Shown here piece after piece: positions 12,599-22,600 of a stretch of 64,000 bases of DNA. A program made the translations under genes and the position numbers. Each line of letters opens with the position of its first letter. The first letter of the stretch is position 1. The DNA lies in assembly GCF_022045235.1 (NCBI RefSeq), contig NW_027266275.1, positions 12,586,001 to 12,650,000 of the forward strand. The letters run 5' to 3'. Origin of the DNA: Haliotis cracherodii (taxonomy: Eukaryota). The notes beneath the pieces were generated by a model. The model saw nothing but the letters and a program-made list of their open reading frames with translations. It searched no databases and had not been told where the DNA came from.

Positions 12599-15500
12599 CT
12601 GGAAAACAAATACAGTTAATGAAGACTATTTAACAAAAATCTTGCATCTTAGTCATAAAGTACTACCTAAACAGAAAAACAAGAATCAAAACATTTGTGC
12701 AAAAAATAAACCGTAACTAGTTTCCTAAAAAATCGGCCAAATTTAGGCTGGTCATGTGACCCTTTTATGTACTTCTTCATATTGACCAATATTGTCTGGC
12801 TATGAAACTTGACATGTCTTCCTTGAAGGGACAAAATTTGGCATGATCGATGCTCATGATGTCAATCACTGGATCGTATGGTTCTGACTCGAAAACAAAT
12901 TGTATGATCACAGCACTCATCACAACACCATCATCACTGTGGGCCAACAAGGGAGACAACTTACAATCTCATTAAGATCAGATCTTAGTTCTCGCTACCG
13001 CTAAACAAAGATCTGAGGATATCCCATTAGGGGTCACGTCAGAACGACCTTTCATCCGACCAATCATAGAGTTGCTTACCAGATCATGAAAGTGACATTC
13101 AGAATATGAATAATGCAACCACGAAAATGTTAACACGTGATATTCCGAACGATAGTTACAGGTTTAACGACTGAATCCATACAATGTAGACCATCTATTA
13201 GCCATTCAAGAATGTTCTTTTGTTCAGGTTTCAAATTCATAATCAAGAATTTGTCAATATGTTTGTAAGCGTAGTTGCCGATTTGAAATTAGTGCCATAA
13301 AGTATGAGAAAGCTACCTTCTGATTGGCTAATGTCGACTTCTTGTCAGTCCTTCTATCGGTCTGTCATAGTTCGTGCAAGGTCGGTCTGAAGTGACCCGT
13401 AATGGGATGTCCTCAGATCTTTGTTTAGCGGTAGCGAGAACTAAGATCTGATTTGATTGAGATTGGACAACTTACGGCCTGGTAGTGGTGCTCATGCCAG
13501 AGACATTGTGAAGCGTTGGTGTGGTCACACGGGGCCTGGAGCAAAGCCACAGACTCTGAAAAAAACAAAGTTTAGATCTTTAGATTCTTTATTTTGTATC
13601 CAAGGCTCTTCATTTGTAACCATGGTAACAAAATGATTCCATTCGTTAATATGCCACACAAATGTTTTCTAAAGAAATACTTCTGGTATGATATTTCAAC
13701 CTTTAAATTTGGTAGGCCAAACATCCATATGTTACATAAAGATCTTATTACTTCTTTATGTTCATATTTATGTGTTTATCATTTCTCTGATGTGGGGGGC
13801 ACAGTCAGCAAAGTCGTCTAAGGCACCGCGATTCGCTGTGCAGAGTTGCGTCCCTTGGGCACGCCAGAAACCTATGATTGTGGGTTCGCATCCCGGTCCG
13901 CCCCGATTATGTTTCTAGGTTTGTCAGCACCATACCCATGCTCGTGGGTTTCACTGAAGTGGTAACTGTCTGAGACCTGCATCACTTCGGGCTTTCCTCC
14001 CACATTAAGCTGGCACGCCGTGATATAACTGGAATACTGTTAAAAGTGGCGTTAAACCCAACTCACTCACTCACTCACTATTTCTCTGATGTAAGAAGAG
14101 ATTTATATTGGTAGAATTACTCTTTACAAACTCTGTTTCGTGGATTTGCTGACATGTATCAGTAAATGCTGTAGCATCATCAATATCCTGTGACGTCCCA
14201 TCTTCCCAAGGCAAGGGAGTTAACTGACTATATAAGTCCAGTTTCCACCCTTGCCAAACTAGGCTGGAATTATTGAGTTATATTTTGGCTGGACTAACGA
14301 GTCTATGCTTAGTCCAATCAAAATTGTGTAACGAAATCGACATCTGGTTCGTAAACTGCCACGCTGATTTCGGTCGATTGCAGGACTTGCAAAGCATGTG
14401 TACCGTTAACAAGCCGTCAACAGAAATTTTCCAAATCTTTACATGTATTTAATCAAGGTGCTCACGTGATTTGATACACTTCGCAAGGTAAGACACGTTT
14501 TTTTACAAAACAGATCTTGATTTATCGATCAGAAGGCGCTGCCATTTTGTTTGAAGCAAATGCAAGTGATATGAGAGGTGGAATCTGATTGTCAACAGGA
14601 GGGACAAAGAACTGACAAAACTCGTAATGGCCACTGGTGGTGCTCTGATTGAGCCCCGAAATTCCAGCCTAGTTCAGCAAGGATGGAAACTAGTCTTTTA
14701 CAGTCAGTTAATTCCCTTGCCTCAGGAAGATGGTAAAATCAAGGCAAAGGCAAGTCCTGTATGAAACAGAAAATTACTCCAAAAATTGTTTAATATAGTT
14801 AGCTCGCACTAAGTCAATATCATTTCTAAACGTAGAATGGAAATCCACACCATAAACACCCGACTAGAAAAGAAGCACATGTGTCTACTTTGAATCTGAC
14901 TCTCATACAAAAACAAGTCCTTTCTTACCTTTGATTGAACAGTTTGTGAACAAGCGAGGGTTACTGATAACGACATCAACATGAGTGATGCTGGTCTCGT
15001 ATGCAGGGGGCTGGTATCGGAGGTGGATGGGGAGGGTGACTGATGCCGCCAGGCTGAATCCTTCATCATTGTCTGTGACTGTCTTCAGGTCAGCGTACAC
15101 ATGGAGGGTGTGCGGGGGCGAGAGGTGGGCAGGCATCTCTATGTTAACAGCTGCATCAACTAAAACCTGGAGATGATAGGAAAATAATGGATCAATAACA
15201 TGAAGACAAAAGGCAAGACCAGCATTACAAAGCTAACAGATTTAATCCAAGACTGTTGGGTATAAAATTAAATGGCCAATCATCTGAGAATTGCAGAGTT
15301 GTGTTGGGTTTTGAATTAGAGATTTGTCCTGATTGGTTTATCAGCACAATATGCCAGCTCAAGATTTCCACCAAAGGAGCAAACGTCAAAGACCTATATC
15401 ACTTCAGACTGTCGTCCCACATCAACCTGAAACGCTGTGATATAACCAAAAAATACTGTTCAAAGGGCACCCATGAAGATATGGATTAGAATATAGGTAT

Positions 15501-17727
15501 TCAGCAAACCATGCTTGCCGTAAAAGGCGACTGATGGGATCGGGTGGCCAGGCTCCCTGACTTGGTTGATGCATGTCATCATATCTCAATTGCATGGATT
15601 GATGCTCATGATGTCAATCACTAGATTGTCTGGTCCAGACTCAAATTTTTACAGACTACCGTCATATGGCTGGAATATTGCTAAATGCGGTGTTAACAAC
15701 AAATAAACAAACAAACAAACCTTAAATCCAGCCTTCTAAAGTATCCGACTTATACTTGATAAAGGAAAAATAACAAGGCTTTTTATTAAAACTAGATTCA
15801 TCAAAATAGTCTCTTCACATCATAAACATGTTGCAATGCAAATAAATCACTGAAGCACTGTATATCAAAACTGTCATGTAACAACTGTTTGTCTGCATCA
15901 AGGGTGAGTTAAACACGAAAAAGACTTTACTTTGTTTACAGGGTTAGTAAACATTTCAAAAATTCAGTGAATAGACAAGTATATCAGCATGATCAGAATC
16001 TGAAGACATGGTACAAGAAGTTGGAACCCATACCTTTGGTCCCCCAAACTGAAGCCTGGAGGACAGCTGGAAGGGGTCAACATAGATCCCTGGGGGTAGC
16101 TTCTCAACCAGGAGGATCCCGCAGTTCTGTATGTCCCCGCGGTGGTGGGGGTTCACCAGCCACTCTACTGATGTTGTCAGGTCTCTGCTCAACAAATACA
16201 CAGAGATATGCCTAAATCACCTCACGATAGATCAAAATGAAATTTCAAAATTAATTACGGTATTCGACGTAATAAGCGCCCAGGTCGCTCTCAAAATTAG
16301 AAATAGGGGGCTCTTATTAGAATATTATTTTGAGTTGAAACATCGTAAATTTTGTGGTTTATGCTGACAGTCTGAAATGTTTATATACGACAGATATATT
16401 TTCCCAGGATGTAACTGCCCATAATTAAGGGTGCATATAACATACAAGTGCGTATTATACACAAATAAATAAGTCTTGTGTACATTAATCAATTGGAAGG
16501 GGTGCTAATTGGTATTGTTCACTAGCCAATATATTAGCAAATATCGCCGTGGGCGCTTATTAGAACAGGGCACTTATTACGTCGAATACGGTATTGACAG
16601 TTATAATGGACCACCTGTAGTTACTTAGGGACCAGTCATATATTATAGTATCCGTGAAGAGCTGGGTTAGAATGGTCTTCAGCAACCCATGCTTGTTGTA
16701 AGAGGGGAGAGTGCTTGTCATAACAGGCGACTAACAGGATCAGGTGGCCAACCAGGATTTGAAACCACACCCATAGATTTCTGGCACGTCAAATGACAGC
16801 AGCAAATTCCAACGCCTTAGACAACTGACCCATCCTTGCCGCCACCATTAGAAGAAACTAATAAAATCTTAAATGTCTTTATATGTTTGTAACTCACTCA
16901 CAATACAAGCCGGAATCATTCTCCCAAGTATCTTTGAACCAAGACATACCAAGAATTATAAGTAGTGTGGCCTTAACATAGAAATTGCACAAGTCACTTC
17001 AACAAAAACAGAATGACTTAATAATGAGATTTCCCGCCATATATTTCAGGGTGTCGTTGTACAAAGCGATCTTAGCCCAAAGGTGATATTAACTCCCATA
17101 CCTTAACATAGACTTATGACAGTTGTAGCGCTAAGGTTTTTTTGTACAAAGGCACCCAGGAGTCAGGTGACATGAACTTAAACCAGGCAACAAGCCTTCA
17201 CTCACTCAGGAGTTGGAAAGATCCATCTTGTTTGACTATCTGAGAAAGGTTCTTTACAACAGTTTGTTCATGATATTGCATAATTCAAGTTGATTCAATG
17301 CCAGAAACCTAAACACTGTGATCAATCTTGTTTGATAGGCATTACTTAGAAGTTGGCGGATGACAAAACAGACACAATTTTTATGGATAATAACTTCTTT
17401 AATACTGTAAAAACGCGACGTTTCGGTATAGATCCTTATACAGTCTTGCTTGACAACGGTATAAGGATCTATACCGAAACGTTGCTTTTTTACAGTATTA
17501 AAGAAGTTGTTATCCATAAAAATTGTGCCTATCTTACTGTGATCAATCATTAGTCTGGTAGTAAGTCACATGATGATAGTCAAACCTGGTTGACAATAGT
17601 ACCTGTGGAAGCCATTTTTGTGCAGCTGTCGCTCTAGATAGGGTGTCCCAATCTTCTGGGTTGCTGACGCCAAGCAGACTACAGACGATGTAAGGACTGC
17701 TACTACTGCGGAGCTGATAGGACACAT
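12443..17727 (-). CDS. PIGX: PIG-X, GPI mannosyltransferase I stabilising subunit (PBN1 family); join complement 17727-17603,16184-16034,15166-14929,13555-13476,12598-12443 (750 nt, 249 aa)
   Basis: Signal peptide MCPISSAVVAVLTSSVVCLASA; motifs LHKNGFHRDL, LLVEKLPPGIYVDPFQL, NIEMPA, LPIHLRYQPP, APCD..CLW, VPVG + TM helix; C-terminal KLKTS (KxKxx ER retrieval); exon phases sum correctly. Confidence 0.93.
12964..13465. mobile_element. MITE family M (502 bp), 9-bp TSD
   Basis: CAATCTC...GAGATTG with long TIRs; TSD GACAACTTA at 12955-12963 and 13466-13474. Confidence 0.92.
13476..13555 (-). CDS. PIGX: PIGX coding exon 4
   Basis: SVALLQAPCDHTNASQCLWHEHHYQA; TTTTCAG acceptor, GTAAGT donor. Confidence 0.88.
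13794..14079 (+). mobile_element. SINE family B, full length with TSD
   Basis: TSD ATTTCTCTGATGT at 13781-13793 and 14080-14092. Confidence 0.92.
14199..14732. mobile_element. MITE family Y (~530 bp, CATCTTCCC termini)
   Basis: TIR CATCTTCCCAAGGCAAGGGAGTTAACTGACT / AGTCAGTTAATTCCCTTGCCTCAGGAAGATG; second copy ~40353-40854, partial ~29722-30005. Confidence 0.85.
14929..15166 (-). CDS. PIGX: PIGX coding exon 3
   Basis: VLVDAAVNIEMPAH...LPIHLRYQPP...PRLFTNC; CAG acceptor, GTAAG donor. Confidence 0.93.
15468..15720 (+). mobile_element. SINE-like family C (~260-280 bp, no obvious tRNA head, (AAAC)n tail)
   Basis: GCTTGYCGTAAAAGGCGACT...GGGATCGGGTGGTCAGGCTCGCTGACTTGGTTGA...GCTGGAATATTGCT; copies ~1515-1710(-), 24703-24870, 31714-31894, 33217-33466(-), 33789-34055(-), 35892-36046, 44632-44826, 48391-48620, 48675-48835(-). 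Confidence 0.85.
16034..16184 (-). CDS. PIGX: PIGX coding exon 2
   Basis: DLTTSVEW...EKLPPGIYVDPFQL...GGPK|GT. Confidence 0.93.
16258..16591. mobile_element. Tc1/mariner-pogo-type MITE
   Basis: TA|CGGTATTCGACGTAATAAGCGCCC ... CTTATTACGTCGAATACGG|TA; near-identical inverted copy at 22735-23076. Confidence 0.88.
17328..17535. mobile_element. Palindromic insertion derived from a Penelope-like element pseudo-LTR
   Basis: ~70-bp inverted arms 17371-17440 / 17459-17529; flanked by 13-bp direct repeat ACTGTGATCAATC (17315-17327, 17536-17548). Confidence 0.75.
17448..17485 (+). ncRNA. Minimal type I hammerhead ribozyme-like motif (U3-A8 variant)
   Basis: GC-TTGACAA-C-GGTATA-AGGATC-TATACC-GAAA-CGT-T-GC; core, perfect 6-bp stem II, palindromic AACGTT stem III. 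Confidence 0.55.
17603..17727 (-). CDS. PIGX: PIGX first coding exon
   Basis: Minus strand TTTCAG|G-ATG...CACAG|GT; signal peptide + KNGFHR. Confidence 0.85.
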
Positions 17728-19339
17728 CCTGAAAGCTGATGATTTTAAAAACTGCCAATCAGTCCATCAAGTAAATAAATAAACAGTACATCCTGTTACT
17801 GATATAAATTGACCACTCTTAGTTAAGGATGTCTGTTAGAACTGAGCACCTTCACCTCACTATGCTAAGTAAGTGTGTGAGTGAGTATTGTTTTACGCCG
17901 CTTTTAACAATATTCCAGTAATATCACGGTGGGGGACACCAGAAATGGGCTTCACACATTGTACCCATGTCGGGAATTGAACCTGGGTCTTCGATGACAA
18001 GCGAACGATTTAACTACTAGGTTAACTGACCGCCCCTGCTGATAAAGAGTTGTTTGTGGTTTTATTGTCAAGTCAGCAATATTCCAGCTATATGACATCA
18101 ACCTGTAAATAAACAGGAGTGAAATTATGAGTGAGTGGGTTGGGTTTAACGCTGCTTAGAAAAGTGACAACACATTTCAGCTTGATGTGGGAGGAAAGCC
18201 CGAAGGAATGCAGGTCTTAGATGTTTACCACTTTATTGAAACCCACGAGCAGGGGTATGGTGCTGACAAACCTGGAAACATAATTGGGGCAGACTTTGAT
18301 TTGAACCACGATCATTGGTTTCTGGTGTGCCCAAGGGACGTAACTCTGCACAGAGATTTGTGATGCCTTCTATAACCGGGTACAATGGCACAATCAACTA
18401 TGCCTGTCCCCAAGCCTGACCACCCAATCCATATTTTTATTACAAGCATAGCTTGCTCGGGACCAATTCTAACTCAGGGAGGGGGATGATAAAGAGACAG
18501 AAATAATTTACACTGTAAAGATTTACATTGTCAAGTCAAATAAAACATTGTCAATACATTTATGTCCTAACTTCTATGATAGTGGTCACATAATATTTAT
18601 TCTGACATATGCACTCTTATATAACATTAACTATTCTTGAAATTTATATATATATCTAGTTCTATCATTTCAGAAAGAGCTAAAGCCCTGTAACAAATGT
18701 TATATTTGGGATAACACTTTCTTAGAAAAGTACAGAATCTAGTACTTGGTGTGTGTCGGTGGTTGAGTCCCATATATAACATTTGTTATATTTGATCACT
18801 TTCTAAATGGCATAGAGTGTTCATAGCGTTCGGCCATGGGAGCATTGCCAAATAACACTTGTCAGAGGGGTACACAAAGTATGTGATCCAGGCTACCAGT
18901 TGTCTCGAGATGGGACCTTCTTCTTCAGTCAATGATGTACAAAGTGCAACCCTTATACCTACGTTAAGAATACTGTGGAGAAGAAATATATCACACTGCT
19001 CAACATATTTATTTTCACAAAAAAATGCTGCTCACATTGATAAGGGTACCTTACAAGTTAGTTGTCTTATTTAGTGTACTACACTAGCTCCCGGCTACAC
19101 TATATCATGCTTGCTGAAAAACGGAAGGATTAATCAAACGATATTTTTCATGATATTGGTGAAAAGATAACTTGTCTCTCTAAAATCTGGTACTGACAGC
19201 TTGTAGAGCTAGCCACCTACGGATACAAATATGATATTGATATATTCTTAATTTCATGTGTACTTGATTCATTTACTTTCTGTACAATTTCTTGTTGATA
19301 TATACTAAGCGGGAAATAAAATAACATCATTATTAATAC

Positions 19340-19537
19340 CTGATCACTCAATGCAACAAGCACATGGTTCTCCAAAATTTTGTAAACAACAATTTCTATC
19401 CAATAATAATGGACCTTTCCTTTTCTCCGTTCCTTGCTTATGGATTACACTTCCGGTTCCGGGTTATTTCCTGAAAGAGAGGAAAATGGCAACATTTTAG
19501 TTATTACTGCTAACCAGCTTCACATTATATTTTAGCA
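19340..19537. promoter_or_regulatory. Putative bidirectional promoter for PIGX (-) and CHMP6 (+)
   Basis: ETS-like ACTTCCGGTTCCGG (19449-19462), YY1-like AAAATGGC (19483-19490), candidate minus-strand non-coding-exon donor ATCAG|GTATT at 19340/19339; CHMP6 ATG at 19538. Confidence 0.55.
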
Positions 19538-19606
19538 ATGGGTAATTTATTCGGCAAATCGAAACCAAAGCCATCACGAGTAACAGAACAAGACAGAGCT
19601 GTTCTT
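19538..19606 (+). CDS. CHMP6: CHMP6 exon 1
   Basis: MGNLFG...DRAVL|GTAAGT. Confidence 0.95.
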
Positions 19607-22600
19607 GTAAGTCAAGATATTGCTATTCACGAATCACTGACCAACTGCTGTCATTTTGTCTCGCGTCTCTGTGCTTTTCATTGCTTCCTGCTTGATTGAC
19701 TAATATTCACACAGAATTAGATCAGTTTATCAAATTAAAACAAAGCCAGTAGAATATAGGCACCGGATCCAGACTTTGATTCACGTTAATTCAGCGTCAT
19801 TCTCACTTGTCAGTCACACTGACAGTCACAGCTGTAGTATACACGTTATTGTGACCATGGTGACATCAATGTTTCTAGGCTCAAATTTTATATTTTGCCC
19901 TTGGTCATTCTATTAGCACGGTTAGCTAAAATGATTAAGAAACTCGAAAACATATGTTTGCAATTTCAGCACAAGTGTCAAACTGTAAAACTTTAATGAA
20001 TTACCTGTAAAAACTGAGGTAGAAAATTAATTTCACAGATCTCTTCCCCATGATTCACTGTAATGATTACCATAAACAGTGAGGCAATAGTCTGTTTCAT
20101 GTATCTACTGAGACCTATGATTGGTATATGTTGAATACATTTGTGACAAAATCTTCAATGTAGTTGTTGATGCAAACATGGAAAAAGCATTGGGGTTTGT
20201 GCAGTGGGATGTTTAATCTAAGGGCACACTAAACATGATATATCTTTACTTTCAACATTAGTGTTATGAAAATGACCCATTGACGTTCTGTTTTTATTTT
20301 TGGACATTTGAAACAAATTACTTACCATGCCAACCATGCTGTCTGTCAAGTTTTTAATTATATATTTTTTAATTTTGGAAAACAAATGCATCAGAAAGTA
20401 TTCATTATGTTCATGGTGGTACTTAAAACAAATCTCTCTTGGGGATTCTGGCTCAGATTAGGTCTCCATCACAACACACAAGTTGTAAGAGCAAAGTAAT
20501 TAAAATGAGGATTGTGATGTATAAATGTCCATGATATAGAAAACCCCTTTTTTTTTTGTTCATTACTGTTCAAGACTTGATTAGTAGCATGCTGCCTCAG
20601 AGCTCCGGATAAGTTGTGTATTTGTGTAAAATACGCAAATTAAATAACCATTACCGGATTACCAAATTCATTGAAGTTACTTGTATAGAAATATGCATGA
20701 ACAATTTTGAAATAATAATTTTATAACAACACTTTATTAGAAGTGACAGAAACAACATTTAAATCAGTTGAAAAAATCTCTCCTCATTGGTGTAAATATA
20801 CTCCATAAACTCGTCTCAAGAAGTGAAAATATGTTGACTACCCCTAAAAAATTATCAGTGATAATATGTTATCCAGAGCCCTGCTGCTCCCACATGGAGG
20901 GATCATGGCTGACTGTCACACAGAAGTGACGACCACTAAGGGATAAGCATAAGACCAACTCTCCGTTTGACCTGTCTGATTGTATGTTCCCCTTCCCTCC
21001 CCCCTCAAAAATAAATCATTGGCCACGCAATTATTCATTGGTAGTTACAAATACCAAATACTTGTAATTTTTATTTTTACCAATAATCTTTAACTCCTGC
21101 ATGATGTCGGTGATGGTAATAATTATAATGGTTGTATGAGCATGTTAATGGTATATATTGTGCTACATTTACTATTTTGCAGCAACTGAAACAACAGCGA
21201 GACAAACTGAGACAATACCAGAAGAAGATTAATGCAAACTTAGAGAGGGAGAGGAACGTAGCCAGACAACTACTGAGAGATGGAAAGAAAGAGTGAGATA
21301 TGATGTTGAATACTGAACCCTGTTGACATTCATATGCTGCAGTATATTTTGACAGGCAGATATTGTATGCTGTACTTATCTGATTTATGTTTTTTCAGTT
21401 CATAATTTATCCCCAGTCATACTAAACAGTGTAAACACCACAACATCTGAATCTACCTGGAACTGAGTCCCCCTGGGGATGTCGGAGAAGGATAGGTTCC
21501 CAGTATCCCATGCTTATCATAAGTGTTGACTTTGTGACTTCGCTGATTCCATGTCATCATGCCCTGCTCATGCTCTGCTCATCATTGCTCATGCTCTGCT
21601 CATCATTGTGCATGCTCTGCTCATTATTGCTCATGCTCTGCTCCTCATTGCTCATACTCTGCACATCATTGTGCATGCTCTGCTCCTCATTGCTCATGCT
21701 CTGCTCATCATTGTGCATGCTCTGCTCATGCTCTGCTCATCATTGCAAATGCTCTGCTCATCATTGTGCATGCTCTGCTCATTGTGCATGCTCTGCTCAT
21801 CGTTGCTCATGCTCTGCTCATCATTGCGCATGCTCTGCTCATGCTCATGATGTTGCTCGGGGTGTGAGAGAGTGTGCTCTGCTCATTCTCTGCTCATCAT
21901 TGCTCATGCTCTGCTCATCATTGCTAATGCTCTGCTCATCATTGCTAATGCTCTGCTCATCATTGTGCATGCTCTGCTCATGCTCATGATGTTGCTCGGG
22001 GTGTGAGAGAGTGTGCTCTGCTCATGCTCTGCTCATCATTGCTAATGCTCTGCTCATCATTGCTAATGCTCTGCTCATCATTGTGCATGCTCTGCTCATG
22101 CTCATGATGTTGCTCGGGGTGTGAGAGAGTGTGCTCTGCTCATGCTCTGTTCATCATTGCTCATGCTCTGCTCATCCTGGCATGCTCTGCTGTTGCTCGG
22201 GGTGTGAGAGAGTGTGCTCTGCTCATGCTCTGCTCATCATTGCACATGCTCTGCTCATGCTCATGACGTTGCTTGTGGTGTGAGAGACTGGTTTGTCTAG
22301 TCCAAACTTGTTTATTTACAGGCCACAGTGATAAACACATGACATAGCTTCAACATTAAACAAAATTCACTCTCTAAATGGAGATATGGATCTGTTTTCA
22401 CCTTTTTCAGTATTCAGATAGGTTTGCTTATGTTCTCCATGTTTATGTATGTCATTACCCATTCTCCTCCATATATTGTTACAATGTATTTTCAATCATG
22501 CCCAATATGACGGTGGAATTTTCCTTGCAAAAGTACAGGAAATGCTTGTTTTGTTGCTTAAGAGTCGTGCTTGATCAGGTTTGTCAGGGTATTTTTGTTT

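Noticed and set aside
21510-21989. Metallothionein-like or hydrophobic repeat ORFs (CSAHH / MLCSSL)
   Set aside because: Minisatellite in CHMP6 intron 2, open in three frames.
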